A stretch of 63,925 bases of DNA, filler included, from an uncultured Acidimicrobiia bacterium (GTDB taxonomy: Bacteria > Actinomycetota > Acidimicrobiia > Spongiisociales > JAOTWH01), in NCBI GenBank assembly GCA_964347285.1. It is 6 parts of 6 records of this genome, joined end to end, with 100 filler letters (N's around TTAATTAATTAA, not from the genome) between each part and the next. Parts side by side here need not be neighbours in the genome. Positions count along the whole stretch, not along the records: positions 37,332 to 49,297 come from CAYFYE010000079.1; positions 49,398 to 60,952 come from CAYFYE010000081.1; positions 61,053 to 63,925 come from CAYFYE010000161.1; 3 more parts are not named here. One strand, given 5' to 3'. Within the stretch, counting starts at the first letter, position 1. Every line of letters begins with the position of its first letter. This document shows, piece after piece, positions 48,798 through 61,054 of this stretch. The translations under genes were made by a program, and so were the position numbers. Under the pieces are notes generated by a model. The model was not told the origin of the DNA. It saw nothing but the letters and a program-made list of their open reading frames with translations, and made no database searches.

Positions 48798-49297
48798 ATG
48801 AGAAGGCTGGCGATTCGGCAGGCGGTGCGAGGCACCCTCACGCTCGCCGTAGTTGCTTTGATGACGACGGGCGTCGGTGTTGCGGTCTACGCAGCACATG
48901 CGAGCGGGCCGGTGTCCGTGGCCGGCAACCACACGTGCGCAGCCCTCGGTAGCTGGGAGGAAATCCGCAGGATCGAGCCGGTGTCTCCCGGAACCTACGG
49001 GCCCGTCACCATCGACGTCAGAAGCACAGCCGATGGGCAGGTGTTCGACTGGTGGGCGAGCGTTCCCGTCGACGGTGTGTTTGCCAAGGGTGGCAGCGGC
49101 GGCAACCTCTACACGTATTCTCCCGCTGCAACGTCGGATTCTCACACCGGGCTCCACGCTCCGGTCAACTCGAGTGGCAGGTATGCAGGGCTGAGCCACA
49201 TCTCGTTCTGTGTGAGCACGACCACGACAACGACCACGACCACCATCCCTCAAACGACCACGACCACGACCACCACCCCTCCCACGACCACGACCAC
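48798..49297 (+). CDS. Secreted surface protein with Thr-rich linker (5' part)
   Basis: Signal peptide, Cys-bounded domain with VFAKGG...Y.Y and LHAPVN...LSHISFC, then poly-Thr/Pro to the contig end. Confidence 0.75.
49218..49297 (+). repeat. Low-complexity ACC/ACG (Thr) coding repeat
   Basis: ACGACCACGACAACGACCACGACC... runs into the contig end. Confidence 0.85.
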
Positions 49298-49397
49298 NNN
49301 NNNNNNNNNNNNNNNNNNNNNNNNNNNNNNNNNNNNNNNNNTTAATTAATTAANNNNNNNNNNNNNNNNNNNNNNNNNNNNNNNNNNNNNNNNNNNN
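49298..49397. other. Artificial contig linker
   Basis: N run + TTAATTAATTAA + N run, 100 nt. Confidence 0.98.
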
Positions 49398-51312
49398 CGA
49401 GTTCGTCGACCGGGGCTATGGCACCCAGGTGCTCACCTTCCCCGACGAGCCGTTTCGCTCGTACTTCTCGGGCAACACCGTGGAGATCTGCCCGGTGGGC
49501 GCCTTGACGGCGGTGCCATATCGATTCCGGGCCCGCCCCTGGGACCTGGAGGCCGTCGAGAGCACTTGCTCGGATTGTGCCGTCGGGTGCCGGGTTTCGA
49601 TCCAGGCCAGCCAAAACCAAGTCCTCCGGCTGAACGGGGTGGACAACGACGCCACCAATCAGGGTTGGTTGTGCGACAAGGGCCGGTTTGGCTTCGAACC
49701 CATAGGGAGCGCCGAGCGGCTCGATGCGCCCTTGGTGAAGACGAGCGACGGCGAGATCGACGAGACCGATTGGTCGCGGGCCCTGGATGTGGCCGCCGAG
49801 CGTCTCGGGGCGCTCGGCACCGGAGAGATCGCCGGCCTGGGCGGGGCCCGTTCCACGAACGAAGAGGCGTATGCCTTCGGGAAGTTCTTGCGCACCGTCG
49901 CCGACACTCCCCATCTGGACGGTCAGCTGGGCGACGGGCTGGATCCGCATTTCCTGGTGGGGATCACCCCCCGGGCCCGGATCGACGACCTGGAGAGGGC
50001 CCGGGCCATCCTGGTTTGGGGCCCCGACCTCAAAGAGGAGCTGCCCGTTCTCTACCTTCGGGTGCGCCGGGCCGCCCGGGAGCTCGGGGCCGAGCTGATC
50101 GTGGTGCATCCCCGCCGGACCGGGCTCGACGACGTTGCCACGCACAAGATCACCTACCGACCCGGGGAAGGACCCTCGGTATTGGCCCGGATGAAGAAGG
50201 GAACGGGACGGCTGGCGTCGGTACGAGCCGCCCTGAGGGAGGGTCCGGTCGTGGCGTTGGTGGGCCGTACCGGGCTCTCCGAGGATCCCCGCCTAGCAGA
50301 GGCGGTTGCTGCCTTCGCCCGGGAGCTCCCCGGGGCCGCGGTGCTCCCGCTGGCCCGCCGGTCGAACGTTTACGGGGCCCTCGACATGGGCCTCGGCCCC
50401 ACCCTGTTGCCGGGGCGGGTATCCGCCCGAAGTGACCAGGGGCTCGCAGCCTTGGAGGAGGCTTGGGGCCCTCTGCCCGAGGGCCCCGGGCGCGACGCCG
50501 CCGGCATACTCGAGGGGCTCGACTCAGGAGAGATCAAGGCCCTGGTCCTGCTGGGCTGCGATCCGGTGCGGGACTTTCCGGATCCGGCTCTGGCCCGTCG
50601 GGCCCTCGGCAACGCCGAATTCGTGCTGGCGCTCGACGTGCTGCCCACCGACTCGACCGCTCTGGCGGACGTCGTCTTGCCGGTGCACGGATTCGCCGAG
50701 ATCGAGGGAACCGTGACCAACCTGGAGGGTCGGGTGCAGAAGGTCAACCGGTTGGTGCCCGGACCGGGTCGGTCCCGGCCGGCATGGTCGGTATTGGAGG
50801 ACCTGGCCCAGAGGATGGGCTCGACGATCGGGGCCGCCTCGGCCGAAACGCTGGCGAAGGAGATCACCGAGGTCGCCCCGGCTTACCGGGGAGTCACGTG
50901 GGATCTCCTCGATTGGGGAGAGGGCCGCGAGGGTGTTGTGGTGCCGCCGGCCGAAGGCAGTCAGCCGTTGGCGTTCATTCCCGTCGATCCCGGCTTCGAG
51001 GCGGTGGCGGGTTCGGGGCTGGCGCTGCACCTCGGGCGAGTCCTCTACGACGACGGGGTCCGGGTTCGCCTCAGCATGTCGCTGCCGAAGCTGGCCCCCG
51101 AACCGGCCGCCCACCTCAACCCCGACGACGCCGGGCGGCTCGGCCTCGTCGAAGGCCGGCCGGTTCGGGTTTCCGACGGCCGGGACTCGATCGAGGTCGA
51201 GGTCCGACTCGACCCGTCGTTGGCCAAGGGGACGGTGTATGTCCCCTTCAACCTCGCCGCTACGGCCGGGTTGGCGGCACGCCCCGAGGTCAAGGTGGAG
51301 GCGGTGGGCTAG
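49398..51312 (+). CDS. nuoG: NADH-quinone oxidoreductase subunit G (5' truncated)
   Basis: [44 protein letters not shown]. Confidence 0.93.
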
Positions 51313-52400
51313 TGGACACATTCATCGAGGCCGCCATCAAAGTCGTCGCCGCCTTGGTCCTTTTGGTGGTCAACACCCTCCTTCTGGTGTGGGCGGAGCG
51401 CAAGCTCGTCGCCGACATGCAGAACCGAATCGGGCCCAACCGGGCCGGCCCCTGGGGGATTCTCATCACGCTGGCCGACGGCCTGAAGCTCTTCTTCAAG
51501 GAGCAGGTAACGCCCCGGAAGGTCGAGCTGGGGGTCTATCTCATAGCGCCGATCGCCGCGTTGGTGCCGGCGCTGCTCATCTTCCTCGTCATTCCCATCG
51601 GGGAGCCGTTCTTCATCGGGGACCGCCTCATCGAGCTACAGGGCACGGACCTCAACGTGGCCGTGCTCTACATCCTCGCCATCTCCTCGATAGCGGTGTA
51701 CGCGGTGGTGTTGGCGGGCTGGTCGTCCGGCTCCAAGTATCCGTTGCTGGGCGGGGTGCGGGCTACCGCCCAGGCCATTTCCTACGAAACGGCCATGGCC
51801 CTGTCGCTGATACCCGTAGTCGTCTTCGCCGCCACCCACATCGGCGCCGGGGGAGACGTCGGCAACGGAGTGATGTCGTTGTCGACGATCGTCGAGCTCC
51901 AGTCGGGGAGCTACGCCGGAGCCATCCCGGCGTGGTTCGTCTTCGCTCTGCTGCCCTCCTTTGTCATCTTCGCCATCGCCGGCGTCGCCGAAACCAACCG
52001 GGCTCCTTTCGACATGGTGGAGGCGGAGCAGGAGCTGGTCGGCGGGTTCCACACCGAGTACTCCAGCATCCGCTTCGCCCTGTTCTTCCTGGCCGAGTAC
52101 ATCAACATGTTCAACATCGCCGCCATCGCTACCACCCTCTTCCTGGGCGGCTGGAACGGGCCTACCTTCCCCTCGGTCCTCCCCGCCTTCGTCAGTGGAC
52201 TGCTGCCGATCTTCTGGTTCCTGCTCAAGTCGTGGGTCCTGCTGTTCGGCTTCATCTGGGTGCGGGCAACCTTGCCTCGCCTCCGCTACGACCAGCTGAT
52301 GCGGTTCGGGTGGAAGCGGCTCATCCCGGCCAGCCTGGCGTGGCTGGTCATCTTCACGCTGGTGACGAGCTTCCGCAGCTTTGGAGCGCCGTGGTCATGA
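51312..52400 (+). CDS. nuoH: NADH-quinone oxidoreductase subunit H
   Basis: [49 protein letters not shown]. Confidence 0.96.
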   Translation: MDTFIEAAIKVVAALVLLVVNTLLLVWAERKLVADMQNRIGPNRAGPWGILITLADGLKLFFKEQVTPRKVELGVYLIAPIAALVPALLIFLVIPIGEPFFIGDRLIELQGTDLNVAVLYILAISSIAVYAVVLAGWSSGSKYPLLGGVRATAQAISYETAMALSLIPVVVFAATHIGAGGDVGNGVMSLSTIVELQSGSYAGAIPAWFVFALLPSFVIFAIAGVAETNRAPFDMVEAEQELVGGFHTEYSSIRFALFFLAEYINMFNIAAIATTLFLGGWNGPTFPSVLPAFVSGLLPIFWFLLKSWVLLFGFIWVRATLPRLRYDQLMRFGWKRLIPASLAWLVIFTLVTSFRSFGAPWS

Positions 52401-53047
52401 GCCTCCTGGCCGATCTTCTCAAGCCAATTGCCGGATTCGGGGTCACGTTCCGTCAGATGTTCAGGCGCCGGGTGACCTCCCAGTATCCGCAGGAGAAGAG
52501 GGTCAAGCCGCAGCGTTTTCACGGCCGTCACGTCCTCAACCGGTATCCCGATGGAATGGAAAAGTGCATCGGGTGCGAGCTGTGCGCCGGGGTGTGTCCG
52601 GCCCGGTGCATCTACGTGCGGGGAGCCGACAACCCGCCCGAGGCTCCGGTCAGCCCGGGGGAGCGGTACGGATTCGTCTACGACATCAACATGCTGCGCT
52701 GCATCTTCTGCGCCCTGTGTGTCGAGGCCTGCCCCACCGAGGCGATCACGATGACCCATCTCTTCGAGATGTCGGTGGCCGACCGCGATGACGCCATCTA
52801 CACCAAGGAAGACCTGCTCGTTCAACCCGACGGGACCCCCAACCACCCCCTGGAAGACACGCCCCTCATCGACCTCGATGAGCTGAAGATCGCCGATGGG
52901 TGGATGCGGGCCACCGCTTCGGCGGGCCGGGCCGCCTACGAGGGCGTGGAGGCGTGGACCCCGTCGGCCGGGGTCGGACTCCGGCTCCCAGAGCGCGGCC
53001 AAGCGGCCGCTCCCTCAGGCGAAGGCGACGAGGAGGGATCGGAGTGA
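52397..53047 (+). CDS. nuoI: NADH-quinone oxidoreductase subunit I
   Basis: [12 protein letters not shown] and [12 protein letters not shown] 4Fe-4S motifs. Confidence 0.96.
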   Translation: MSLLADLLKPIAGFGVTFRQMFRRRVTSQYPQEKRVKPQRFHGRHVLNRYPDGMEKCIGCELCAGVCPARCIYVRGADNPPEAPVSPGERYGFVYDINMLRCIFCALCVEACPTEAITMTHLFEMSVADRDDAIYTKEDLLVQPDGTPNHPLEDTPLIDLDELKIADGWMRATASAGRAAYEGVEAWTPSAGVGLRLPERGQAAAPSGEGDEEGSE

Positions 53048-53628
53048 TCGTCGAGACCATCGTCTTCTGGGTGTTTGCGGTGGTGGCGGTGGGTGGGGCG
53101 GTGCTGATGGTGTGGGCCGCCAATCCGGTCAACAGCGCCCTGGGACTGATGGCGACCATGTTCTCGATCGCGGTGTTCTACGTGCTCAATCAGGGCCATT
53201 TCGTCGCCGCCGTCCAGGTGCTGGTTTACGCCGGCGCAGTGATGACGCTGTTCCTCTTCGTCATCATGCTCATCGGCGTCGATCGAGCCGAGGACCGGTC
53301 GGAACGGCTCCCCTTCCAGCGTCAGATCGCCATCGGCCTGGCGCTTTTCTTCAGCGCGGTCGTACTGGTGGCGGGAGCCTCGGCATGGGTGACCGGCGTA
53401 GCCGGCCCGGAGGAGCCCAACGGGACGGTGGAGGCGGTGGCCGAACAGCTCTTCAACGACTGGGTGCTGCCGTTCGAGCTGACCGCCGTGCTTCTGATCA
53501 TTGCAGCCGCCGGCACCATCGCTCTCGCCCAGTTCCGGCCCCGAGAACGGCTCCGGGCCGGGGGGCCCGACGAGGCGACCGCGGCGGCTGAGGCAGCCGG
53601 GGGGGCCGAGGAGGAGGTGTCCTCCTGA
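53044..53628 (+). CDS. nuoJ: NADH-quinone oxidoreductase subunit J
   Basis: [29 protein letters not shown]. Confidence 0.95.
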   Translation: MIVETIVFWVFAVVAVGGAVLMVWAANPVNSALGLMATMFSIAVFYVLNQGHFVAAVQVLVYAGAVMTLFLFVIMLIGVDRAEDRSERLPFQRQIAIGLALFFSAVVLVAGASAWVTGVAGPEEPNGTVEAVAEQLFNDWVLPFELTAVLLIIAAAGTIALAQFRPRERLRAGGPDEATAAAEAAGGAEEEVSS

Positions 53629-53701
53629 GGCATCCGAACCTGATCCGCCTCACCAGACTGCTGCGGGCTCCCTCGACCCGAGGCGGGGAGGGGTGCCCGT
53701 C

Positions 53702-54007
53702 GTGACCGTCACCCCCGGCTGGTACATGGCGCTGGCAGCGGTGCTGTTCTCGATCGGAGCCGCCGGCCTGCTGGTGCGGCGCAACGCCCTGATCATGTTC
53801 ATGGCGGTGGAGCTGATGCTCAACGCCGTCAATCTCACCTTCGTCGCCGCCGGTCGAGAAGTGGGGGCGCTCTCGGGTCAGGTGGCCGTGTTCTTCGTCA
53901 TGGTGGTGGCCGCCGCCGAGGTGGTGGTGGGGCTGGCGATCATCGTGGCGGTCTTCCGGCGCCGCGCCACTGCCTCGGTCGACGATCTTGCCGAGTTGAG
54001 TGGGTAG
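53702..54007 (+). CDS. nuoK: NADH-quinone oxidoreductase subunit K
   Basis: [34 protein letters not shown] 53693 is an alternative start. Confidence 0.95.
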   Translation: MTVTPGWYMALAAVLFSIGAAGLLVRRNALIMFMAVELMLNAVNLTFVAAGREVGALSGQVAVFFVMVVAAAEVVVGLAIIVAVFRRRATASVDDLAELSG

Positions 54008-54010
54008 CCG

Positions 54011-55885
54011 ATGGAGGGCCTGATCTGGCTGACCATTGCCTTTCCGCTGGGAGGAGTGGTGCTCCTCTTGGTGGCCGGCAAGCGGTTGGGAGAGCCCTGG
54101 GCCGGGGTGATCGGCACGCTCACGGTGGGAGCCTCGTTCGTGGTTGCCGTACTGGCGTCGATCGATTTCTTCACCGGCGAAGGCGAATCCCACGTGGTCC
54201 GGCTCTTCGACTGGATTCCGGCGTTGGGCATCGAGGCCTCTCTGATATGGGATCCACTGGCCTCGGTGATGACGATGGTGGTCACCGGGGTGGGGGCGAT
54301 CATCCACTGGTACTCGATCGGGTACATGGAGGGTGACGAGCGCTACGGGCGCTTCTTCACCTATCTCAACCTGTTCATCGTCTCGATGCTGATCCTGGTC
54401 CTCGGCTCCAACTTCGGACTGCTGTTCGTGGGATGGGAGCTGGTAGGCCTGAGTTCCTATCTGCTGATCTCCTTCTGGTACACGAGGGAGACCGCGGCCG
54501 CCGCCGGGAAGAAGGCCTTCGTGGTCAACCGGATCGGCGACTTCGGCTTCCTCGTCGGCCTGATGGTGATCTTCTCCACGTTTGGCAGCCTCTCGTACGG
54601 CTACGTCTTCGAAGAAGCGCCTCGGGTGCTGACGACCGGCGGGGCTACCGCCATCACACTGCTGCTGTTCGTGGGTGCCATCGGCAAGTCGGCCCAGTTC
54701 CCGCTCCACGTGTGGCTGCCCGACGCCATGGAAGGCCCGACGCCGGTGTCGGCGCTGATTCATGCCGCCACGATGGTGACGGCCGGGGTGTACATGGTGG
54801 CCCGCACCGCGCCCCTGTACGAGCTGGCTCCGGTGTCGGCTGGGGTCGTGGCCACTATCGGCATCCTCACAGCTCTGGGAGCGGCGACGATCGCTCTGGG
54901 GCAGCGCGACATCAAGCGGGTGCTGGCCTACTCCACGATCAGCCAGCTCGGGTACATGTTCCTCGGCGTGGGGGCGGCCGCCTACACGGCCGGCATCTTC
55001 CATCTCTTCACCCACGCCTTCTTCAAGGCCTTGTTGTTCCTCGGGGCAGGCTCGGTGATCCACGCCTTGGCGGGACGGCAGGATCTGCGTCAGATGGGCG
55101 GCCTGCGCAAGCTGATGCCGGTGACCTTTGCCACGATGGGGGTCGCCTGGCTGGCCATATCGGGCATTCCCCCGCTGTCGGGCTTCTGGTCCAAGGACGA
55201 GATCCTGGCGGCCACTTTCGAACGGGGCGGCACCTGGGTGGTGCTGTGGGGAGTGGGCATCCTGACCGCGCTGCTGACCGCCCTGTACATGTCCCGGCTC
55301 ATGTACCTGACGTTCTGGACCCGGCCCAAGTGGGAGGACGAGGGGCTCCATCCCCACGAATCGCCGTTGGTGATGACCGTGCCCCTGGTGGCTCTGGGGA
55401 TCGCCTCGGCCGTGGCCGGATTCGTCAACACCCCGTGGCGGCTCGGTTTCGAGCACTTCCTCGAGCCGTCCTTCGAAGGAGTGCCCCTGGCGGCCGCGCC
55501 GCCGGCGGGGACGCAATGGGGGCTGGCGATCATCTCGGTGGTGGCCGGGGCCATGGGTATCGCCTGGGCGACCCGCCGCTACCTGTTCAAGCCGGCGCCT
55601 ACCGAGGAGTCCGACACCTGGCGCTGGGTGCGCAATGGCTACTACCTCGACGACATCTACGGCAACACGCTGGTGCTGCCGGGCAAGCTGGGCGCCGCCT
55701 GGCTGGCGTTCGTCGCCGACCAGCGCTTCATCGACGGCCTGGTCAACGGGGTCGGGCTGGTGGTTCGCCGCGTCGGCGCGGCGCTGCGGCCCATCCAGAG
55801 CGGGTTCGTGCGCAATTACGGGGCGGCGGTGCTGGCCGGGGCGGTGGCGATGCTGGTGTGGTTCGTGGCCCGGGGAGGCCTGTAG
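54011..55885 (+). CDS. nuoL: NADH-quinone oxidoreductase subunit L
   Basis: GWELVGLSSY, KSAQFPLHVWLPDAMEGPTPVSALIHAATMV, THAFFKALLFL. Confidence 0.97.
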   Translation: MEGLIWLTIAFPLGGVVLLLVAGKRLGEPWAGVIGTLTVGASFVVAVLASIDFFTGEGESHVVRLFDWIPALGIEASLIWDPLASVMTMVVTGVGAIIHWYSIGYMEGDERYGRFFTYLNLFIVSMLILVLGSNFGLLFVGWELVGLSSYLLISFWYTRETAAAAGKKAFVVNRIGDFGFLVGLMVIFSTFGSLSYGYVFEEAPRVLTTGGATAITLLLFVGAIGKSAQFPLHVWLPDAMEGPTPVSALIHAATMVTAGVYMVARTAPLYELAPVSAGVVATIGILTALGAATIALGQRDIKRVLAYSTISQLGYMFLGVGAAAYTAGIFHLFTHAFFKALLFLGAGSVIHALAGRQDLRQMGGLRKLMPVTFATMGVAWLAISGIPPLSGFWSKDEILAATFERGGTWVVLWGVGILTALLTALYMSRLMYLTFWTRPKWEDEGLHPHESPLVMTVPLVALGIASAVAGFVNTPWRLGFEHFLEPSFEGVPLAAAPPAGTQWGLAIISVVAGAMGIAWATRRYLFKPAPTEESDTWRWVRNGYYLDDIYGNTLVLPGKLGAAWLAFVADQRFIDGLVNGVGLVVRRVGAALRPIQSGFVRNYGAAVLAGAVAMLVWFVARGGL

Positions 55886-57432
55886 TGGACTTCCCGATGC
55901 TCACCGTGCTGATCCTGCTCCCGGCGGCCGGTGCCCTCGTTATCGCCGTCATCCCCAAGTCGCGCCGCGAGCTGCTGCTGCCGGCCGGCGTCGCTCTCAG
56001 CCTGCTCCCGCTGGGAGCGGCCGGATACGTGGTGTGGGAGTACACGGCCGGGGGAGAGGCTTTCCAGTTCACCGAGAGAATCCTGTGGTACGAGCCGTGG
56101 GGGGTCAGCTACCACCTCGGAGTGGACGGCATCTCGCTCTTCCTGGTGGCGCTGACCGCCTTCTTGATGCCGATCTCGCTGGCGGCTTCGTGGTCGATCA
56201 CCGAGCGGCGCAAGGAGTACGTCGTCGCGATGCTGTTCCTGGAAACCGGTCTGCTGGGAACCTTCCTGGCCCTCGATCTGCTGCTCTTCTTCGTTTTCTT
56301 CGAGGTGGTGCTGGTCCCGATGTATCTGATCATCGGGGTGTGGGGCGGGGAGCGCCGGATCTACGCGGCGGTGAAGTTCTTCCTGTACACCGCCTTCGGC
56401 TCGGCGCTGCTCTTCGCCGGCATACTGGCGCTGGCGGTCATCGCCAACGACCAGACCGGCTCGCCGACGTTCGACTACACCCGGCTCCTGGCGCTCGATC
56501 TGAGCCGGTCCACCCAGCTGTGGCTGTTCGGTGCGTTCGGGCTGGCGTTTGCCATCAAGGTCCCGGTGTTCCCGTTGCATACCTGGCTTCCCGACGCCCA
56601 CGTCGAGGCCCCCACCGCCGGTTCGATACTGCTGGCCGGAGTCCTCCTGAAGCTGGGCACCTACGGGTTCCTCCGCTTCAACGTCGCCCTATTCCCCGAG
56701 GCGACCGTCGACCTGGTGCCGGTGCTGGCGGTGCTGGCGGTCATCGGGATCATCTACGGAGCGGTGGTCGCCCTCATACAGCCGGACCTGAAGCGGCTGG
56801 TGGCCTACTCGTCGGTGAGCCACCTCGGCTTCGTCGTTTTGGGCACGTTCGCGCTCACGAGCTCGGCGCTGCAGGGCGGAGTGCTGCAGATGGTCAACCA
56901 CGGGCTCACCACCGGCGCATTGTTCCTGCTGGTGGGGATCGTCTACGACCGTCGCCACACGCGCCAGATCGCCGACTACGGGGGCATCGCCAAGGTGATG
57001 CCGCTGTTCGCCGGGTTCTTCCTGTTCATGGCGTTTGGCTCGATCGGCCTGCCCGGACTGAACGGGTTCATCGGGGAGTTCCTGGTGCTCACCGGGAGCT
57101 TCTTGTCGCTGCCGGAGGCGGCGATCGTGGCCGCCTTCGGGGTGGTACTGGCCGCGGTGTACATGCTGTGGGCGTACCAGCGGGTGTTCACCGGACCGAT
57201 CACCCAGCCCGAAAACGAGAAGCTCACCGATCTGAACCTGAGGGAATGGGCGATGCTGGTGCCGATAGCTGCGGCCGTGCTCGTCCTCGGCATCTACCCG
57301 AAGCCGGTGCTGGAGCGCATCGAGCCGTCGGTCGATCGGCTCATCACCCGCATCGAGGCCACTACCGACTATCGAGTGCCCGACTTCGGCTTCGACCCGG
57401 TCGAGCTCGGCGCCGAAGGGGGTGAGGGGTAG
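55885..57432 (+). CDS. nuoM: NADH-quinone oxidoreductase subunit M
   Basis: LGVDGIS, KVPVFPLHTWLPDAHVEAPTAGS, AYSSVSH, GLPGLNGFIGEF. Confidence 0.97.
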   Translation: MDFPMLTVLILLPAAGALVIAVIPKSRRELLLPAGVALSLLPLGAAGYVVWEYTAGGEAFQFTERILWYEPWGVSYHLGVDGISLFLVALTAFLMPISLAASWSITERRKEYVVAMLFLETGLLGTFLALDLLLFFVFFEVVLVPMYLIIGVWGGERRIYAAVKFFLYTAFGSALLFAGILALAVIANDQTGSPTFDYTRLLALDLSRSTQLWLFGAFGLAFAIKVPVFPLHTWLPDAHVEAPTAGSILLAGVLLKLGTYGFLRFNVALFPEATVDLVPVLAVLAVIGIIYGAVVALIQPDLKRLVAYSSVSHLGFVVLGTFALTSSALQGGVLQMVNHGLTTGALFLLVGIVYDRRHTRQIADYGGIAKVMPLFAGFFLFMAFGSIGLPGLNGFIGEFLVLTGSFLSLPEAAIVAAFGVVLAAVYMLWAYQRVFTGPITQPENEKLTDLNLREWAMLVPIAAAVLVLGIYPKPVLERIEPSVDRLITRIEATTDYRVPDFGFDPVELGAEGGEG

Positions 57433-58873
<1,441 letters not shown>

Positions 58874-58890
<17 letters not shown>

Positions 58891-60256
58891 GAGCATTCGC
58901 CGCCTGGCGGTGGCCGCGGCCATCGGCGCCGTCCTGCTCCCCTTTCCCGTGCTGCCGACGCTTGCCGGCGGAGGGAACGTCATCATTCCCGAGGGTCGGG
59001 TCGAGGAGGAGGACTTCTACGCGTTGGGGGGCCGCGTGATCGTGGAAGGTGTCATCGAGGGAGATCTGGTCGCCGGGGCGGGTGAGCTGATCGTCACCGG
59101 TCGGGTCGAGGGCGACGTCCTGGCCCTGGTCACCGGCAAGGCCACCATCGGCGGAGAGATCGGAGGATCGGTGCGGGTGGCGGCGCGCGATCTGGTAGTC
59201 GACGGTCACCTCGAAGACGACCTGGCCGCAGCGACGATCGGGGGAAAGATGCGGGGCCGGGTCGGGCGTGATGTGCTGATGGCGGCGATGACCACCTCGT
59301 TCTCCGGCACGGCGGACCGCGACTTGCGCGGTCAGTTCTGGCGGCTCGAGATCGACGGCACGGTGGGTCGCAACGTCAACGTCACCGTCCAGGGCTTGCG
59401 GGTGACCGCCTCGGCCGAGGTGGGCGGCGACCTCACCTATCACTCCAACTCGGAGGCCGACCTATCGGCCGGGGCCGTTCTCGAGGGCCAGGTGGTGAAG
59501 CGTCGAGCCCGTGTCCCCCTCCAGGTGCGGACCATCCGGCGGCTGGTGAACCTGCTGAGCGTTCTGGCGTTCATCGTCACCGGCGTCGTCCTGTTCTGGC
59601 TGCTCCGTCGGTCCCTTCCCCGGGCCACGACGGCCGTCGTTCGCATGCCGATGCGCACCCTGCTCATCGGGATCGGGGCAATGGTGGTGGCACCGCTGGC
59701 GGCCCTAGCCCTGGCCATCACGCTGGTGGGCTTGCCGCTGGCGGCGCTGATCCTCGTGTTGTGGCTGGCGGCGCTGTTCCTCGGCCCCATTCCCTCGGTG
59801 ACGGCCGCCGCCGACAAGGCGCTCCAGGGACGGGTCGGTCTCATCGGGGCCTTCATTGTCGGGGCTTTGGTGTGGCGGGGCGCGGTGTGGCTCATCCCGT
59901 TCGTCGGTTCCGTGCTGTACCTCGCCGCCGTGATGTGGGGGGTGGGGGCCTGGCTGGTCGGTGCGTGGGAGGCCCGTCGAGACCAGCCGGGCACCGAGGC
60001 ACCGTCGTTGACCCGACCTCCGCCGCAACCACCGGAGCCGCCCGAGGAATGGGAAGCTCCCCTGCCGCCCGTTGCTCCCCCGCCGGGCGAAGCGGCCGAG
60101 CCCGAAGACGGAGAGCGTGGACTGGATCCCGGCCCGGGGTCCGATCAGGCCCGGACCGGCAAAGACGACGGTCCTCCGGGTCCGGCAGGGGAGGGGGTCT
60201 CGGAACATGGGAGCGAGAAGGCCGGGGGCGACCCGGACGGGCGGGGTGGGGAATGA
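58874..60256 (+). CDS. Membrane protein with exported bactofilin-like beta-helical repeats and C-terminal TM bundle
   Basis: Signal peptide, repeated G.V.GD(V/L) units, about 5 TM segments, Pro-rich tail. Confidence 0.7.
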
Positions 60257-60657
60257 CCGGGCAATTTCCGACGCCCGACATGGAGCTGACCCACATCCTC
60301 GTGGTGGGCGATCTCGAGCAATCCCGGGACTGGTACGAGCGGGTGCTCGGGGCTCGTCTCCATCGGGAGTACGGGGGGACGTCGGCGGTAGTGGAGTTCG
60401 CCGGCAACTGGTTGCTGCTGGTCACGGGCGGCGGTCCTACGGCCGACAAGCCGGATGTCACCTTCGCCGCCCCCGAGGATCGGACGACCGTGGACCATTC
60501 GTTCACGATCCGGGTGGCCGACTGCACCGCCGCCTACGACACCCTCCGGGAGCGCGGCGCCGAGTTCCTCACCCCGCCCTACGACTGGGGCGCCGAGATC
60601 CGCTGCTTCTTCCGCGACCCGGACGGGCACCTGTTCGAGATCAGCCAGGCCGCCTGA
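60253..60657 (+). CDS. VOC/glyoxalase-family protein
   Basis: THILVVGDLEQSRDWY, EIRCFFRDPDGHLFEI; ATGA overlap with the upstream gene. Confidence 0.88.
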   Translation: MTGQFPTPDMELTHILVVGDLEQSRDWYERVLGARLHREYGGTSAVVEFAGNWLLLVTGGGPTADKPDVTFAAPEDRTTVDHSFTIRVADCTAAYDTLRERGAEFLTPPYDWGAEIRCFFRDPDGHLFEISQAA

Positions 60658-60743
60658 GGGCCGTTCGGCCCGCTCACGGTGTGGATTACTCATTGTCGGC
60701 GGGGCTCGACAGGAGGATCATGGCAACGACCAAGGAGGTCGGG

Positions 60744-60952
60744 ATGATGCGCCTGCTCACGGTCCTGGCTGCGCTCACGGTGCTGGCGACGGCATGCGGC
60801 GACGCCGCGGACACCACCACGATCCCGACCACGGTGGCCCCCCCGGGCACCACCACGACCCTCCCGCAGGCCACGACGGTCGCCCCCACCACGACGGCGG
60901 CGCCCACCACGACGGCGGCGCCCACCACGACGGCGGCGCCCACGACGACGGC
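60744..60952 (+). CDS. Lipoprotein with Thr-rich linker (5' part)
   Basis: SD AAGGAGG, lipobox LATAC, PTTTAA repeats. Confidence 0.75.
60885..60952 (+). repeat. 18-bp coding tandem repeat (CCCACCACGACGGCGGCG; PTTTAA), at least 3.8 copies
   Basis: Units at 60885, 60903, 60921 and 60939 run into the contig end. Confidence 0.9.
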
Positions 60953-61052
60953 NNNNNNNNNNNNNNNNNNNNNNNNNNNNNNNNNNNNNNNNNNNNTTAA
61001 TTAATTAANNNNNNNNNNNNNNNNNNNNNNNNNNNNNNNNNNNNNNNNNNNN
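60953..61052. other. Artificial contig linker
   Basis: N run + TTAATTAATTAA + N run, 100 nt. Confidence 0.98.
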
Positions 61053-61054
61053 GG

